Positions 1 to 21,762 of a stretch of DNA of 64,000 bases are shown in pieces. This stretch comes from an uncultured delta proteobacterium. GTDB taxonomy: Bacteria; Desulfobacterota; WTBG01. How positions within the stretch are numbered: position 1 is the stretch's first letter; each line of letters opens with the position of its first letter. The stretch is from assembly GCA_963793865.1 (NCBI GenBank), contig CAWCBP010000014.1, positions 96,001-160,000 on the forward strand, read 5' to 3'. The position numbers were made by a program, and so were the translations under genes. Under the pieces are notes generated by a model that worked only from the letters and a program-made list of their open reading frames with translations, had not been told where the DNA came from and did not search any database.

Positions 1-334
1 TGAGGAAGTGGAGCGGGGGCAGGTGCTGGCCAAGCCGGGGAGCATCACGCCGCACACGAAGTTCAAGGCGCAGGTATACATATTGACGAAGGAGGAAGGG
101 GGTCGGCACACGCCGTTTTTCAACGGGTACCGGCCGCAGTTTTATTTTCGGACGACGGACGTGACGGGGAATGCGACGCTGCCGGCGGGGGTGGAGATGG
201 TGATGCCGGGAGACAACGTGGAGATGTCGGTGGAGCTGATCATGCCCATCGCGCTGGAGAAGGAGCTGCGTTTTGCCATCCGCGAGGGCGGCAGGACGGT
301 GGGCGCGGGCGTGGTGTCCGACGTCATCGAATAA
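1..334 (+). CDS. tuf: Elongation factor Tu, 3' part (truncated by window edge)
   Basis: C-terminal EF-Tu sequence ...[24 protein letters not shown]...[13 protein letters not shown]; near-identical to 16268-16601. Confidence 0.98.
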   Translation, partial: EEVERGQVLAKPGSITPHTKFKAQVYILTKEEGGRHTPFFNGYRPQFYFRTTDVTGNATLPAGVEMVMPGDNVEMSVELIMPIALEKELRFAIREGGRTVGAGVVSDVIE

Positions 335-381
335 GGCGGCGAAACCATATTATATTATTAAGTTAATAGAGACTACGTGCG

Positions 382-531
382 ATGAGAGAAATCATAACGC
401 TTGAATGCGGGCAGTGCAAGAGACGAAACTACACCACGACCAAGAACAAGCGCACAACGACGAAGAAGCTGGAATTCAAGAAATTCTGCCGATTCTGCCA
501 TGCCCACACCCTCCATAAGGAAACAAAGTAA
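382..531 (+). CDS. rpmG: 50S ribosomal protein L33 (Zn-binding CxxC form), 49 aa, absent from ORF track
   Basis: Manual translation [49 protein letters not shown]; usual tuf-rpmG-trnW-secE order. Confidence 0.96.
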   Translation: MREIITLECGQCKRRNYTTTKNKRTTTKKLEFKKFCRFCHAHTLHKETK

Positions 532-559
532 AGCGGCTCAATAAATTATATTCCTACGT

Positions 560-636
560 AGGCCAGTAGCTCCAACGGCTAGAGCACCGGACTCCAAATC
601 CGGGTGATGGGGGTTCGAATCCCTCCTGGCCTGCCA
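560..636 (+). tRNA. trnW: tRNA-Trp (CCA)
   Basis: Acceptor AGGCCAG/CTGGCCT, anticodon arm CCGGA-CTCCAAA-TCCGG, GGTTCGAATCC T-arm, encoded 3' CCA. Confidence 0.97.
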
Positions 637-683
637 ACGATGTAATGCAACCATGGCCGCGCGGCGGCCGGGGGGTATAGGTA

Positions 684-869
684 ATGTTCCAGAAGATTTT
701 GCAATTCCTGCAGGAAGTGCAGCTCGAGCTGAAAAAAGTCGTCTGGCCGACACGCAAGGACACGATTGCGTCTACTTCGGTGGTGCTCATCATCGTTATC
801 ATCATAGCCTTCTTTCTCGGGCTGATCGACCTCGGCCTCACCAGAATTATCAGGGTTATCCTGGGATAA
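684..869 (+). CDS. secE: Preprotein translocase subunit SecE
   Basis: ELKKVVWPTRK motif followed by one TM helix; upstream of nusG. Confidence 0.96.
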   Translation: MFQKILQFLQEVQLELKKVVWPTRKDTIASTSVVLIIVIIIAFFLGLIDLGLTRIIRVILG

Positions 870-883
870 ATGAAAGGGTAGTT

Positions 884-1414
884 ATGGAAAAGAACTGGTA
901 TGTGATTCATACCTATTCTGGCTATGAAAATAAGGTAAAACAGGCCCTGGAAGAGCGCATTAAGCAGTTCGGCAAGGAGGAATATTTTTCCGAGATCGTG
1001 ATTCCCACCGAGAACGTGGTGGAAATGATCCGGGGCGAGCGGAAGACCACCTCACGGAAGTTTTTCCCCGGCTACGTGCTGATCAACATGTCCATGGACA
1101 ACGAGACCTGGCACATCGTCAAGAACACGCCCAAGGTAACCGGTTTCATCGGCGGCGGCAACAAGCCCATCTCCATTCCCGAGGTGCAGGCCAGGGATAT
1201 ATTAAGCCAGATCAAGGAAGGAAAGCTGAAGCCCAAGCCCAAGGTTTCCTTTGAGAAAGGCGACAGCGTGAGCATCATCGACGGCCCCTTTAACAACTTC
1301 AACGGACTGGTGGAAGAGGTCAAGCCGGAGAAGGGCCGGCTTAAGGTGCTGGTGTCCATTTTCGGGAGATCGACTCCCATTGAACTTGAGTTTCTTCAGG
1401 TGAAGAAGAATTAG
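884..1414 (+). CDS. nusG: Transcription elongation factor NusG
   Basis: WYVIHTYSGYENKVK, FPGYVLI, KOW motif; ATG at 884. Confidence 0.97.
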   Translation: MEKNWYVIHTYSGYENKVKQALEERIKQFGKEEYFSEIVIPTENVVEMIRGERKTTSRKFFPGYVLINMSMDNETWHIVKNTPKVTGFIGGGNKPISIPEVQARDILSQIKEGKLKPKPKVSFEKGDSVSIIDGPFNNFNGLVEEVKPEKGRLKVLVSIFGRSTPIELEFLQVKKN

Positions 1415-1469
1415 CAGGCTGAGGAAAACTGAAAACTACTTTTAAACAACCTGGTGGACGGTAACGCAT

Positions 1470-1892
1470 ATGGCAAAAAAGGTGCTTGCGATTAAAAAGC
1501 TGCAGATTACGGCGGGGAAGGCCAACCCTTCGCCTCCCGTGGGCCCCGCCCTCGGTCAGCACGGGGTAAACATCATGGAGTTCTGCAAGGCATTTAACGC
1601 GCAGACACAGAGCAAGGGCGACATCATTCTTCCGGTGGTGATTACCATTTATTCCGACCGCTCCTTCTCGTTCATCGTGAAGACGCCGCCGGCCGCGGTA
1701 CTGATCAAAAGGGCCGCCGGCATTATCAAGGGTTCCGCTGAACCGAACCGGGACAAGGTGGGCAAGGTCACTCCCGACCAGATAAAAGAGATCGCCCAGA
1801 TGAAAATGCCCGACCTCAATGCCGTGGACCTGGAGGGTGCCATCAGGATCATCGAGGGGACGGCCCGGAGCATGGGCATCGAGGTTGGCTAG
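1470..1892 (+). CDS. rplK: 50S ribosomal protein L11
   Basis: [26 protein letters not shown]. Confidence 0.98.
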   Translation: MAKKVLAIKKLQITAGKANPSPPVGPALGQHGVNIMEFCKAFNAQTQSKGDIILPVVITIYSDRSFSFIVKTPPAAVLIKRAAGIIKGSAEPNRDKVGKVTPDQIKEIAQMKMPDLNAVDLEGAIRIIEGTARSMGIEVG

Positions 1893-1974
1893 GGGACGCA
1901 CAAACGCAGTGAGGAAACATGCACGGGGTTTGCAGGACCCGGGGATTAATTTTTAGATAATCGGAGGAACGGCC

Positions 1975-2679
1975 ATGTCCGGTCAAAAAGGTAAAAAGCA
2001 CAAGGCTGCGCACGAGAAGATTGACAGGAGCAGGGTCTATGAACTGGAGGAGGCGCTGAAGGTGATGAAGGACGCCTCATTTGCCAAGTTCGACGAGACC
2101 GTCGACGTGGCAGTACGCCTGGGGGTCAACCCCAAGCATGCCGACCAGATGGTGCGCGGTTCGGTAATGCTTCCCCACGGGACGGGGAAGGAAACCAGGG
2201 TGGTGGTATTTGCCAAGGGAGAAAAGGAGAAGGAAGCCACAAGCGCCGGAGCCGATGTTGTCGGCGCGGAAAGCCTGATCGAGAAGATCACCCAGGGGTG
2301 GCTTGACTTTGACAAGGCCATCGCCACGCCGGATATGATGGGCATGGTTGGCAAGATCGGAAAAATCCTCGGCCCCAGAGGGCTGATGCCCAATCCCAAG
2401 GTGGGAACGGTGACCTTCAACGTTGCCGATGCCGTGGCCGATCTCAAAAAAGGAAAGATTGAATTCAAGGTTGACAAGGCGGGCATTGTCCACGCCAGAA
2501 CCGGCAAAATTTCCTTCGCGGTGGAAAAGCTGAGAGACAATGTGAGCGCCCTGATTGACGCGCTGATCAAGCTGAAGCCTCCGACCAGCAAGGGCGTCTA
2601 TTTGAAAAGCATCGTGCTGTCAACAACCATGGGGCCGGGAATCAAGGTAAACCCGGCGTTTACCCGTCAGATCGGTTAA
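1975..2679 (+). CDS. rplA: 50S ribosomal protein L1
   Basis: [30 protein letters not shown]. Confidence 0.98.
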   Translation: MSGQKGKKHKAAHEKIDRSRVYELEEALKVMKDASFAKFDETVDVAVRLGVNPKHADQMVRGSVMLPHGTGKETRVVVFAKGEKEKEATSAGADVVGAESLIEKITQGWLDFDKAIATPDMMGMVGKIGKILGPRGLMPNPKVGTVTFNVADAVADLKKGKIEFKVDKAGIVHARTGKISFAVEKLRDNVSALIDALIKLKPPTSKGVYLKSIVLSTTMGPGIKVNPAFTRQIG

Positions 2680-2829
2680 GAGGTCCGTCACTTACCCATT
2701 CCCTCGCTCAACGTCTTGTCCGCATTTCCCGCTCACGGGGAAGGTTATGGGGTTTATAAGCCGCCCTTAAGGCCTGAAAAAGGCACGGTATAAGGGGCAC
2801 AGGTGTTTCTGAAAGGAGGCTGAAGTCCA

Positions 2830-3348
2830 TTGAAACGAGAAGAGAAACAACAAATTGTTACCTCCTTATCGAGCAAGCTCAAGGAAGCGGTGCTGGTTGT
2901 GGTAACAGACTACCGGGGCCTCTCGGTGGAGAAGATTACCCAGCTTCGCAACGAACTGCGCCGGGCCTCGTCGGAGTATCGGGTGGTGAAGAACACCCTG
3001 CTGAAGCGGGCGTCCCAGGGCACGGCCCTGGAGGGGATCCACGGCTACCTTGAAGGCCCGACGGCGATTGTCATCAGCTCGGGCGATCCGGTTGCCCCGG
3101 TCAAGGTGCTGGTGCGCTATCTCAAGGAGTATGAGCAGCTGAGCATCAAGGCGGGATACCTCGAGGGCACGGTTCTGTCCGCGGAAGACACCCGGGGGCT
3201 GAGCACGCTGCCCGGCAGAAAGGAGCTTCTGGCCAGGGTTGTCTCGCTGTGCGCATCACCGCCGGTGAGGCTGCTGAGCACCCTGCAGGCCATTCCCCAG
3301 AAGCTGGTCAGGGTATTGCATGCCATTGAAAAAAGCAAATCAGGCTAA
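2830..3348 (+). CDS. rplJ: 50S ribosomal protein L10 (TTG start)
   Basis: DYRGLSV, VVKNTL motifs; GGAGG SD upstream. Confidence 0.96.
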   Translation: MKREEKQQIVTSLSSKLKEAVLVVVTDYRGLSVEKITQLRNELRRASSEYRVVKNTLLKRASQGTALEGIHGYLEGPTAIVISSGDPVAPVKVLVRYLKEYEQLSIKAGYLEGTVLSAEDTRGLSTLPGRKELLARVVSLCASPPVRLLSTLQAIPQKLVRVLHAIEKSKSG

Positions 3349-3392
3349 TCACTCAACTAATAACAGTGTTGCGAGCAGGAGGACAAAGGATC

Positions 3393-3785
3393 ATGGAAAA
3401 AATAACCAAAGAAGATGTGATACATTTTATCGAAAACATGACCGTGCTTGAGCTGTCGAGTCTGGTGAAGGAGCTGGAGGAAAAGTTCGGGGTTTCGGCT
3501 GCCGCCATGCCCATGGCCATGGCCATGCCCGGAGGAGCCGCGGGAGAAGCACCTGCCGCCGCCAAGGAGGAGAAGACCGAGTTTGACGTGATTCTCAAGG
3601 CGGCGGGAGACAAGAAGATCCAGGTGATCAAGGTGGTCCGCGCCCTCACCAACCTGGGGCTGAAAGAGGCCAAGGACCTGGTTGACGGCGCTCCCGGCAC
3701 GGTGAAGGAAGGCCTTCCCCTGAAAGAAGCCGAGGATGCCAAGCAAAAGCTGGAAGAGGTCGGGGCAACGGTTGAGATTAAGTAG
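3393..3785 (+). CDS. rplL: 50S ribosomal protein L7/L12
   Basis: [31 protein letters not shown]. Confidence 0.98.
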   Translation: MEKITKEDVIHFIENMTVLELSSLVKELEEKFGVSAAAMPMAMAMPGGAAGEAPAAAKEEKTEFDVILKAAGDKKIQVIKVVRALTNLGLKEAKDLVDGAPGTVKEGLPLKEAEDAKQKLEEVGATVEIK

Positions 3786-3866
3786 CGGGATGGTTCAACT
3801 GTCTGAAAAGCGGAGAGAGTGCTTTTCACGGCTGTCAGGTTACTCTAATCCATGCCAGGGGTTGCA

Positions 3867-7984
<4,118 letters not shown>

Positions 7985-8004
7985 CGGGAAAAGGGAGACC
8001 CTCC

Positions 8005-12099
<4,095 letters not shown>

Positions 12100-12134
12100 G
12101 CCGCATGGCCCGCAATAAAACCGCAATATAACAG

Positions 12135-12165
12135 TTGACAAGAAAGCATTTATTTGGTACATAAT
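12135..12165 (+). promoter_or_regulatory. Putative sigma70 promoter of the str operon
   Basis: TTGACA (12135-40), 17 bp, TACATA with upstream TG; CATAAT is an alternative -10. Confidence 0.55.
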
Positions 12166-12203
12166 CAACTTTTTGCCTAAACTTTTGCTGCAAAGGAAGC
12201 GTT

Positions 12204-12578
12204 GTGCCGACCACCAACCAGCTATTCAGAAAAGGACGCACCAAAACCAAGTACAAGACCAAGGCCCCTGCGCTCCAGTCGTCTCCCCAGAAGCGCGGCG
12301 TGTGCATGCGGGTGTATACCTCGACCCCGAAGAAGCCCAATTCGGCTTTGAGAAAAGTCGCCCGGGTGCGCCTGACCAACGGGCTGGAGATCACCACCTA
12401 CATACCCGGTGAAGGGCACAATCTTCAGGAGCATTCGGTGGTTCTTGTCCGCGGAGGCAGGATCAAGGATCTGCCCGGAGTCCGCTACCACATCATCAGG
12501 GGGACGCTGGATTCGGTGGGGGTGCAGGACAGGAAAAAAAGCCGTTCCAAGTACGGGACCAAGAGAGCAAAGGCGTGA
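12204..12578 (+). CDS. rpsL: 30S ribosomal protein S12
   Basis: [29 protein letters not shown]. Confidence 0.98.
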   Translation: MPTTNQLFRKGRTKTKYKTKAPALQSSPQKRGVCMRVYTSTPKKPNSALRKVARVRLTNGLEITTYIPGEGHNLQEHSVVLVRGGRIKDLPGVRYHIIRGTLDSVGVQDRKKSRSKYGTKRAKA

Positions 12579-12701
12579 GTTGCTGAGTCGGTGCGCCGTC
12601 CCCCTGCCGGGGCCGGTGCCGTTGTTCCAGCCGCAAGGGCCTGCAGCAATTTCATTCAACCGGTTCATCACTACCAGCAATCTGCGTAACGAGGTTTGAC
12701 G

Positions 12702-13172
12702 ATGCCCAGAAGAAGGGTCGCCGCGAAGAGACAGATATTATCGGACCCCAAGTACAAGGACAAGCTTGTTGCCAAGTTCATCAACAAGATCATGTGGGAA
12801 GGGAAAAAGAGCAAGGCTGAAGCCATTGTCTACCGGTGCTTTGATTCCATCGAGAAGAAAACCAAGACCGACCCCCTTAAGGTGTTTCGCAGCGCGCTGG
12901 ACAACATAAAGCCGGTCATCGAGACCAAGTCCCGCCGGGTCGGGGGCGCGACCTATCAGGTCCCGGTGGAGGTGCGGCCGGACCGCAAGATGAGCCTGGC
13001 CATGCGCTGGCTCATCTCCTACTCCCGGGATCGCAAGGAGCACTCCATGGAAGAGCGCATCGCGGCGGAGCTGATTGATGCGGCAAATAACCGGGGCGCC
13101 GCGGTAAAGAAGAAGGAAGACACCCACAAGATGGCGGAAGCCAACAAGGCCTTTGCCCATTACCGCTGGTAG
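12702..13172 (+). CDS. rpsG: 30S ribosomal protein S7
   Basis: [28 protein letters not shown]. Confidence 0.98.
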   Translation: MPRRRVAAKRQILSDPKYKDKLVAKFINKIMWEGKKSKAEAIVYRCFDSIEKKTKTDPLKVFRSALDNIKPVIETKSRRVGGATYQVPVEVRPDRKMSLAMRWLISYSRDRKEHSMEERIAAELIDAANNRGAAVKKKEDTHKMAEANKAFAHYRW

Positions 13173-13207
13173 AAAACCCCCGGCGGATCGGGAGAGCAGA
13201 TTCATTC

Positions 13208-15370
13208 ATGGTCAGGTACCTTGGCGAGCAGCTGGCGCACAAACAGGATGAAACCCTTAACCAGAGCACGCGTGCGATGCTGGAAGTAGTCACCGCTCCT
13301 CAGTTGAATAAGGTAAGAAACATCGGCATTATAGCTCATATCGATGCGGGAAAGACCACGACCACCGAGCGCGTTCTTTTCTATACCGGCGTGTCGCACC
13401 GCATGGGAGAGGTGCACGACGGAACCGCGGTGATGGACTGGATGGAGCAGGAACAGGAGCGGGGCATCACCATCACCTCCGCCGCCACCACCTGCTTCTG
13501 GAACAATCACCGGATCAACATCATCGACACCCCCGGGCATGTGGATTTTACCGTGGAGGTGGAGCGGTCGCTGCGGGTGCTCGACGGCGCGGTGGTGGTG
13601 TTTTGCGGCGTGGGCGGCGTGCAGCCCCAGTCCGAGGCGGTGTGGAGACAGGCGGACAAGTACGGCGTGCCGCGCATAGCCTTCGTTAACAAGCTTGACC
13701 GGACCGGGGCCGATTTCCTGCGGGTGGTGGAGATGATGAGAAGCCGGCTGCATGCCAATCCCCTGGTGGTGCAGCTTCCCTGGGGGGCGGAAGACCGCTT
13801 CAAGGGCGCCATCGATCTTATTTCCATGGAGGCCGTCCGCTACGATGAAGGAACCCTGGGCATGAACCTCCGGCGGGAGTCGATCCCGGCGGAGATGATG
13901 GAAAGCGCGAAGCTCCACCGGGAAAGGATTCTCGAGGCGGCGGCGGATTATTCAGAGGCGCTGATGCAGAAGTACGTTGCCGAAGAGCCGGTCACGCCGC
14001 AGGAGATCAGGGCGGCGCTCCGCGAGGCGACGCTGAAGCTTAAAATCGTTCCGGTGGTGTGCGGCTCGGCCTTTAAGAACAAGGGCATACAGCAGCTGCT
14101 CGACGGGGTGGTTGACTACCTCCCCTCCCCCCTTGATCTGCCGCCGGTGCGCGGCTTCAACCTCAAGGAAGTGGAGGAAGAGCGGGCGGCGAAGGCGGGC
14201 GAGCCGTTTTCCGCCCTGGCATTTAAAACCATGAACGACCCCTACGTGGGCCAGCTCACCTTTCTCCGGGTTTATTCCGGGAGCATCAGGAAGGGGGATA
14301 CGGTTTTCAATCCCCGGAAGATGAAGCGGGAGCGGGTGCAGCGCATCCTCAAGATGCACGCCAACAGAAGAGAGGAAATAGACGAGATCGCCGCCGGCGA
14401 TATTGCCGCGGCGCTGCTCAAATACACCACCACCGGTGATACCCTCTGTGACGAGGAGAGGCCGATTATGCTTGAGCCGGTGGAGATTCCCCAGTCGGTC
14501 ATTTCGCTGGCCATTGAGCCCAAGTCCCGCGCCGACCAGGAAAAGCTCATCAGCTCGCTTCGGAAGCTGGCGCTTGAGGATCCCTCGCTGGTGATCAACC
14601 TTGACGAGGAAACCGGCCAGACCATCATCTCCGGCATGGGGGAACTGCACCTGGAAATAGTGGTGGACCGGCTGCTGCGGGAGTTTTTAGTCAATGCCTC
14701 GGTGGGCAAGCCGCAGGTGGCCTACAAGGCGGGCATTACCAGAAAGTGCAGGGTGGAAGGCAAATTCATCCGGCAGAGCGGCGGCAGGGGACAGTACGGC
14801 CACGTCTGGCTCGAGCTTGAGCCGCTTACGCGCGGCTCAGGGGTGAGCTTTGTCAATGCCATTACCGGGGGCATCATCCCCCGGGAGTATATTGCCGCCA
14901 TCAAGAAAGGGGTGCTCGAGGCTGCGGAAAACGGCATCTGGAACGGCTACCCGGTCATGGACATGAACATCACCCTTTTTGACGGTTCGTATCACCCGGT
15001 GGATTCCTCGGAGATGGCCTTTACCATCGCAGCATCCATGGCCTTCAAGCGGGGCGTGCTCGAGGAAGGCGGCCCGGTGCTGCTCGAGCCCATCATGTCT
15101 CTCGAGGCAGTGGCCCCGGAAACGTTTCTCGGGGACCTGATCGGAGACATATCCTCCCGGCGCGGCAAGGTTCTCTCCATGGAGGTGCGGCAGGAGACGG
15201 CTGAAATCAAGGCGGAGGTTCCTCTGGCGGAGATGTTCGGATATTCCACCGTGCTGCGGTCCATCACCCAGGGGCGGGGGCTGCATACCCTTTCGTTCCT
15301 CAGGTATCAGGAGGCCCCGGGCTCGATTTCCGCGGCCGTTATCGCGGAGACCTGCAGCGCGCGCAGTTGA
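13208..15370 (+). CDS. fusA: Elongation factor G (true start may be 13277)
   Basis: [37 protein letters not shown]; str operon position. Confidence 0.96.
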   Translation: MVRYLGEQLAHKQDETLNQSTRAMLEVVTAPQLNKVRNIGIIAHIDAGKTTTTERVLFYTGVSHRMGEVHDGTAVMDWMEQEQERGITITSAATTCFWNNHRINIIDTPGHVDFTVEVERSLRVLDGAVVVFCGVGGVQPQSEAVWRQADKYGVPRIAFVNKLDRTGADFLRVVEMMRSRLHANPLVVQLPWGAEDRFKGAIDLISMEAVRYDEGTLGMNLRRESIPAEMMESAKLHRERILEAAADYSEALMQKYVAEEPVTPQEIRAALREATLKLKIVPVVCGSAFKNKGIQQLLDGVVDYLPSPLDLPPVRGFNLKEVEEERAAKAGEPFSALAFKTMNDPYVGQLTFLRVYSGSIRKGDTVFNPRKMKRERVQRILKMHANRREEIDEIAAGDIAAALLKYTTTGDTLCDEERPIMLEPVEIPQSVISLAIEPKSRADQEKLISSLRKLALEDPSLVINLDEETGQTIISGMGELHLEIVVDRLLREFLVNASVGKPQVAYKAGITRKCRVEGKFIRQSGGRGQYGHVWLELEPLTRGSGVSFVNAITGGIIPREYIAAIKKGVLEAAENGIWNGYPVMDMNITLFDGSYHPVDSSEMAFTIAASMAFKRGVLEEGGPVLLEPIMSLEAVAPETFLGDLIGDISSRRGKVLSMEVRQETAEIKAEVPLAEMFGYSTVLRSITQGRGLHTLSFLRYQEAPGSISAAVIAETCSARS

Positions 15371-15401
15371 TCGGTTCACCCTAAAAGAGGAGGCAGGAGC
15401 C

Positions 15402-16601
<1,200 letters not shown>

Positions 16602-16648
16602 GTGCAATGGCGGTCCTGCGGAGGGCCGCGGGTCCATGAGGTAAGGAA

Positions 16649-16957
16649 ATGGCTGAGCAGAAGATTCGGATTCGGTTAAAGGCATATGATCACAAGCTGC
16701 TGGATCAGTCGGCGGTGGAGATCGTGGAAACGGCGAAGCGGACGGGCGCGAAGGTGGTCGGCCCCATTCCCTTACCAACGGTCATCAACAAGTTCTGCGT
16801 GCTGCGCTCGCCGCACGTGGACAAGAAATCCCGGGAGCAGTTTGAAATGAGGACCCACAAGCGGCTGCTGGACATACTCGAGCCCACGCAGCAGACCGTC
16901 GATGCGCTCATGCGCCTGGACCTTTCTGCGGGGGTGGATGTGGAAATCAAGCTGTAG
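16649..16957 (+). CDS. rpsJ: 30S ribosomal protein S10
   Basis: [24 protein letters not shown]. Confidence 0.98.
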   Translation: MAEQKIRIRLKAYDHKLLDQSAVEIVETAKRTGAKVVGPIPLPTVINKFCVLRSPHVDKKSREQFEMRTHKRLLDILEPTQQTVDALMRLDLSAGVDVEIKL

Positions 16958-16997
16958 CACAAACCTTCACTGTCTATCGCGAGGGAGAAGAATCACC

Positions 16998-17651
16998 GTG
17001 TCTCTTGGATTAATTGGTCGAAAATTGGGTATGGGTCATGTGTACACCGCCGACGGCTCCATGGTTCCCATCACTATTGTGGAGGCCGGTCCCTGTCCGG
17101 TGGTTCAAATTAAGAGCAAGGGCAAGGAGGGGTACAATGCCCTCCAGCTCGGTTTTCTTCCCAAGAAGGGGAGCCGGGTGAACAAGCCCCTGCAGGGCCA
17201 CGTCAAGAAAAGCGGCGCGGGCACCATGTATTACCTCAGGGAGTTCCGGATTGATGATGTGGAGTCCTATCAGCTGGGCCAGTCCATCAGCGTGGAGATA
17301 TTCAGCGTTGGGCAGAAGGTCAGGGTCACCGGCGTCAGCAGAGGCATGGGGTTTGCCGGGGGCGTGAAGCGGTGGAAGTTCAGGGGGGGGCCCGGCACCC
17401 ACGGATCCACCTCGCACCGCGCGCCGGGATCGATCGGATCCAGCGCCTATCCCTCGCGCGTGTTCAAGGGGCAGCGGCTTCCCGGCCACATGGGCACCGA
17501 CACCGTGAGCGTTGACGGGCTGGAAATCATTGACCAGCAGCCGGGGCGGAACCTGCTCTTTATCAAGGGGGCTGTTCCGGGATGCACCAACAGCATGCTG
17601 ATCATCAAGCCTTCACAAAAACAACCAACTGGCAAAGCGGTGAAGCCGTGA
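16998..17651 (+). CDS. rplC: 50S ribosomal protein L3 (GTG start)
   Basis: GLIGRKLGM, HRAPGSIG, PGHMG. Confidence 0.96.
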   Translation: MSLGLIGRKLGMGHVYTADGSMVPITIVEAGPCPVVQIKSKGKEGYNALQLGFLPKKGSRVNKPLQGHVKKSGAGTMYYLREFRIDDVESYQLGQSISVEIFSVGQKVRVTGVSRGMGFAGGVKRWKFRGGPGTHGSTSHRAPGSIGSSAYPSRVFKGQRLPGHMGTDTVSVDGLEIIDQQPGRNLLFIKGAVPGCTNSMLIIKPSQKQPTGKAVKP

Positions 17652-18274
17652 GCAACTATTCCGTTGACGTGTACAATACCAGGAAAGAGAAGGTGGCGCA
17701 GGTGGAGCTGGACGGGCGGGTGTTCGGCGCCGAGGTCAAGCCCCATCTCCTCCATGACGTAGTAAGAATGCAGCTTGCCGGGAGAAGGAGCGGCACGGCC
17801 TCGGTAAAAACCCGGGCCATGGTGAGCGGCAGCGGCAAGAAGCCCTGGCGGCAGAAAGGTACGGGCCGGGCGCGGATCGGCTCGCTGCGGTCTCCCGTCT
17901 GGCGGGGCGGCGGCGTTATTTTCGGCCCCTTTCCCAGGGACTATTCCCTGCAGGTGAACAAAAAGGTGAAGAAGGCGGCGCTGCGCTCGGCGCTCTCCAG
18001 CAAGGTGCTGGAGGAAAAGCTGATGGTCATAGACGGCTTCGACCTTCCGGAAATCAAGACCAGGGCCCTGGCGGCCATGCTGCGCCGGCTGGGGATAGAA
18101 AACGCATTTATCATTGATGAGGCCAACAGCAATCTGGAGCTCTCCGCGCGCAACCTGCCCTTTATCAAGGTGCTCAAGCCGGAAGGCCTCAACGTACATG
18201 ACATCCTCAAATACGATACGCTGGTCATCACCCAGGCCTGCCTGGAAAAAATAACGAGGGCACTGTCCGCATGA
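17648..18274 (+). CDS. rplD: 50S ribosomal protein L4 (GTG start)
   Basis: [22 protein letters not shown]. Confidence 0.97.
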   Translation: MSNYSVDVYNTRKEKVAQVELDGRVFGAEVKPHLLHDVVRMQLAGRRSGTASVKTRAMVSGSGKKPWRQKGTGRARIGSLRSPVWRGGGVIFGPFPRDYSLQVNKKVKKAALRSALSSKVLEEKLMVIDGFDLPEIKTRALAAMLRRLGIENAFIIDEANSNLELSARNLPFIKVLKPEGLNVHDILKYDTLVITQACLEKITRALSA

Positions 18275-18561
18275 AAGACACCTATCTCATTTTACGCAAG
18301 CCGCTCATAACCGAGAAAAGCAACCAGATGAAGGAATCGCTTAATCAGATTGCCTTTGAGGTTGATAAGCGGGCAAACAAGATAGAGATTAAAAAAGCGG
18401 TGATGAAGCACTTTAATGTCCACGTGCTCAAGGTGCGGACCTTCATGGTGTTGGGAAAGAAGAAACGGGTGGGAAAATCCCTGGGGAAAAAGTCGGACTG
18501 GAAAAAGGCAGTGGTTACCCTGAAAGAGGGTGAACGCATAGATTTCTTTGAGGGGGTATAA
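18271..18561 (+). CDS. rplW: 50S ribosomal protein L23
   Basis: [15 protein letters not shown]. Confidence 0.97.
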   Translation: MKDTYLILRKPLITEKSNQMKESLNQIAFEVDKRANKIEIKKAVMKHFNVHVLKVRTFMVLGKKKRVGKSLGKKSDWKKAVVTLKEGERIDFFEGV

Positions 18562-18612
18562 GAGGAAGGCCGGCGGCCGCGCGTTCGGCTGACGGACCTT
18601 GACGGGTGTGCT

Positions 18613-19446
18613 ATGGGCAGCAAAATTTACAAACCGACATCACCGGGCAGACGGTTTCAGGTGGGCTCAACCTTCGAGGAGCTGACCCGCTCCAAACCTG
18701 AAAAAAGCCTGCTCCGGCCGCTCTCCAAAACCGGGGGGAGAAATTCCAACGGCCGCATTACCTGCAGGCACCGGGGGGGCGGACACAAGCGGCATTTTAG
18801 GCTCATCGATTTCAGGCGGGACAAATACACCGTTCCGGCCACGGTGGCCGGCATTGAGTATGACCCCAACCGCTCCGCCCGCATCGCCCTTTTGAACTAT
18901 GCGGACGGGGAAAAGCGCTATATTCTGGCGCCGGTTGATCTCAAGGTGGGCGACACGGTCATGTCCGGCGACACGGCCGACATCAAGCCCGGCAACTCGC
19001 TTCCCCTGCGCAACATACCCCTGGGAACGCTGATCCACAACGTTGAGATCAAGCCCAAAAAAGGGGCACAGATGATACGCAGCGCGGGAACCTTCGGGCA
19101 GCTCATGGCCAAGGAAGGAAGCTACGCCCAGATCAAGTTTCCCTCCAACGAAGTGCGCATGGTGCTCATCGACTGCTACGCCACCATCGGCCAGGTGGCC
19201 AACATCGACCATGAAAACCGGTCGCTGGGAAAGGCGGGGAAAACCCGCTGGCTGGGCAGAAGGCCGCACGTGCGGGGGGTGGTGATGAACCCGGTTGACC
19301 ATCCGCTCGGAGGCGGGGAGGGGAAATCATCCGGCGGCCGGCACCCGGTGACGCCCTGGGGCGTGCCCACCCGCGGCTATAAAACCCGCGACAAGAACAA
19401 GCCCAGCAGCAAGTACATTATTAAAAAGGCCGGGAAGAAGCGGTAA
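18613..19446 (+). CDS. rplB: 50S ribosomal protein L2
   Basis: [25 protein letters not shown]. Confidence 0.98.
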   Translation: MGSKIYKPTSPGRRFQVGSTFEELTRSKPEKSLLRPLSKTGGRNSNGRITCRHRGGGHKRHFRLIDFRRDKYTVPATVAGIEYDPNRSARIALLNYADGEKRYILAPVDLKVGDTVMSGDTADIKPGNSLPLRNIPLGTLIHNVEIKPKKGAQMIRSAGTFGQLMAKEGSYAQIKFPSNEVRMVLIDCYATIGQVANIDHENRSLGKAGKTRWLGRRPHVRGVVMNPVDHPLGGGEGKSSGGRHPVTPWGVPTRGYKTRDKNKPSSKYIIKKAGKKR

Positions 19447-19483
19447 TCTTAAAGCCTAACCTGCATTTTGCGAAGGGAAAGCA

Positions 19484-19807
19484 ATGCCTCGATCCATAAA
19501 AAAAGGTCCCTACATTGAAGCCAGCCTCTGGAAAAAGGTGGCGGTCGCCAACGAGACCAGGAGCCAGAAGGTGATAAAGACCTGGTCACGCCGGTCAACC
19601 GTTTTGCCGGAAATGATCGGCATCACCTTCGCGGTGCACAATGGAAAAAAATTTATACCCGTGTTTGTAACCGAAGACATGGTCGGCCACAAGCTGGGCG
19701 AGTTTTCGCCGACCAGAACCTTTCACAGCCATTCAGGCGACAGGAAAAAGGCCAAGACGGGTGGAGCGCCTGCCGCCGCACCTGCTGAACCAAAGCAATC
19801 AGGATAA
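19484..19807 (+). CDS. rpsS: 30S ribosomal protein S19
   Basis: [17 protein letters not shown]. Confidence 0.98.
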   Translation: MPRSIKKGPYIEASLWKKVAVANETRSQKVIKTWSRRSTVLPEMIGITFAVHNGKKFIPVFVTEDMVGHKLGEFSPTRTFHSHSGDRKKAKTGGAPAAAPAEPKQSG

Positions 19808-19817
19808 GTGACCGCGT

Positions 19818-20147
19818 ATGGAAACCGTTGCCGTTGGAAAGTACATCCGGATATCCCCCCGCAAGGTGCGGCTGGTGGCGCACCTGATACAGGGCAAGCC
19901 CGTTGCGGAGGCTTTGAACATTCTGACCTTCACCCATAAGCGTGCGGCCCCGCTCATTGCCAAGGTATTGAAATCGGCGGTCGCCAACGCGGGGCAGAAG
20001 AAAGGGGTGGATGTGGACGCGCTGGTGGTCAAGCGCATTCTCATTGACCAGGGGCCGACCATGAAACGCTTTCACGCCAGGGCCATGGGGCGCGGGGCGA
20101 GAATCCTGCACAGGATGAGTCATATTACCGTCGCCGTTGAGGAATAG
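19818..20147 (+). CDS. rplV: 50S ribosomal protein L22
   Basis: ISPRKVRLV, RAMGRG. Confidence 0.97.
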   Translation: METVAVGKYIRISPRKVRLVAHLIQGKPVAEALNILTFTHKRAAPLIAKVLKSAVANAGQKKGVDVDALVVKRILIDQGPTMKRFHARAMGRGARILHRMSHITVAVEE

Positions 20148-20188
20148 CAACTCAGACGCCCCGGGCAGTCGGGGCAGGGAGGTTTTGA

Positions 20189-20812
20189 GTGGGACAGAAG
20201 GTTCATCCAACCGGTTTCCGTTTGGCCCTTTCCAAGGCCTGGGTCTCCAAGTGGTACGCCGAGCATGAATTCGGGAAACTGCTGGGGGAAGACCTGCAGC
20301 TGAGAAAGTATCTCAAAAAGAAGCTCTATCCGGCGGGCATCTCCCGGATCGAGATCGAGCGGGCCACCAACAAGGTGAGGGTCAACATCTTCACCTCCCG
20401 GCCCGGGATGGTTATCGGCAGGAAGGGCGCGGAAATCGACCAGCTCAAGAAGGAATTGCAGACCCTGACCGACAAGGAGGTGCTTATCAATATCCACGAG
20501 GTGAAGCGGCCGGATATTGACGCGCAGCTGGTGGCGGAGACGGTTGCACAGCAGCTGATCAGGCGGGTTGCCTTCAGGCGGGCAATTAAAAAGAGCGTCT
20601 CCACCGCCCTCAAGCTGGGGGCGATCGGCATAAAGATATCCTGCTCCGGCAGGCTGGCCGGCGCTGAAATAGCCCGGCAGGAGTGGTACCGCGAAGGCAG
20701 GGTGCCGCTCCACACCCTTCGCGCCAACATCGATTACGGCTTTGCCGAGGCACTGACCACCTACGGGCTGATCGGCATAAAGGTCTGGATTAATAAAGAG
20801 CCCGGCTCCTAA
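20189..20812 (+). CDS. rpsC: 30S ribosomal protein S3
   Basis: [21 protein letters not shown]. Confidence 0.98.
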   Translation: MGQKVHPTGFRLALSKAWVSKWYAEHEFGKLLGEDLQLRKYLKKKLYPAGISRIEIERATNKVRVNIFTSRPGMVIGRKGAEIDQLKKELQTLTDKEVLINIHEVKRPDIDAQLVAETVAQQLIRRVAFRRAIKKSVSTALKLGAIGIKISCSGRLAGAEIARQEWYREGRVPLHTLRANIDYGFAEALTTYGLIGIKVWINKEPGS

Positions 20813-20838
20813 ACCGCCGGCAGGCTGAGGTTCTTCTC

Positions 20839-21261
20839 ATGTTAGCACCGAAAAAGATAAAGCACAGAAAGCAGCAGCGGGGAAGGATGAAGGGCGTTGC
20901 CGCCAAGGGATGTCACCTCTCCTTCGGCGATTACGGCATCCAGGCGGAGGAGTGCGGCTGGCTCACCTCCAAGCAGATCGAGGCCGCGCGCATTGTGATC
21001 ACCCGCCATATGAAGCGGGTGGGGAAAATCTGGATCAGGATCTTCCCCGACAAGCCCATAACCAGCAAACCGACGGAAACCAGAATGGGAAAGGGCAAGG
21101 GGGACCCCGCGGAGTGGGTGGCGGTGATAAAGCCCGGCAGGGTGCTCTACGAGCTCGAAGGGATTCCTGAAGAGGTGGCCCGGGAGGCCTTCAGGCTGGC
21201 ATCCCACAAGCTTCCCATCCACACGCGATTCCTCGCCAGGAGCCACGCCTATGAAGGTTAG
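20839..21261 (+). CDS. rplP: 50S ribosomal protein L16
   Basis: [17 protein letters not shown]. Confidence 0.98.
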   Translation: MLAPKKIKHRKQQRGRMKGVAAKGCHLSFGDYGIQAEECGWLTSKQIEAARIVITRHMKRVGKIWIRIFPDKPITSKPTETRMGKGKGDPAEWVAVIKPGRVLYELEGIPEEVAREAFRLASHKLPIHTRFLARSHAYEG

Positions 21262-21439
21262 CGAGATACGGGAACTCACCCTTGATGAGCTCAGGCAGCG
21301 GGAGCGCGACAGCACCGAGGAGTTGTTCAATCTCAAGTTTCAGCTGGCCACCGGCCAGCTGGAGAACAAGATGCGCATCCGCCACATGAAGAAGGAACTG
21401 GCGCGGATCAAGACCATTATGCGGGAAAAACAGAAGTAG
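21251..21439 (+). CDS. rpmC: 50S ribosomal protein L29
   Basis: [16 protein letters not shown]. Confidence 0.96.
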   Translation: MKVSEIRELTLDELRQRERDSTEELFNLKFQLATGQLENKMRIRHMKKELARIKTIMREKQK

Positions 21440-21485
21440 CCGCTGCAGGCACGCCCTGCGCGCTGCGCACCACAGGAAGCGGGAG

Positions 21486-21743
21486 ATGGCTGAGAAACGA
21501 ATGAAAAGGTCCATCGTCGGCACGGTGACAAGCGACAAGATGGACAAGACGGTAGTGGTAGAAAGCATTCGGCTGGTGGAAGTCCCCCTGTATCAGAAGA
21601 AGATCAGGAAGCGGGAAACCCATATGGCCCATGACGGAAAAAACGAGTGCAAGGTGGGCGACAAGGTCCTGATTGAGGAGTCCCGTCCGCTCAGCAGACT
21701 GAAGCGATGGAAGGTGAAAGAGATACTGCAGGAAAAAACATAA
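21486..21743 (+). CDS. rpsQ: 30S ribosomal protein S17
   Basis: [21 protein letters not shown]. Confidence 0.96.
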   Translation: MAEKRMKRSIVGTVTSDKMDKTVVVESIRLVEVPLYQKKIRKRETHMAHDGKNECKVGDKVLIEESRPLSRLKRWKVKEILQEKT

Positions 21744-21762
21744 CCCCTTTTTGGCCCCTACT

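Noticed and set aside
2680..2829. L10 leader RNA
   Set aside because: Expected by position, but I could not match the consensus by eye.
13208..15370. Specialised or inactive EF-G paralog
   Set aside because: Somewhat divergent, but the G motifs and domain IV loops are intact; a phylogeny is needed to claim more.
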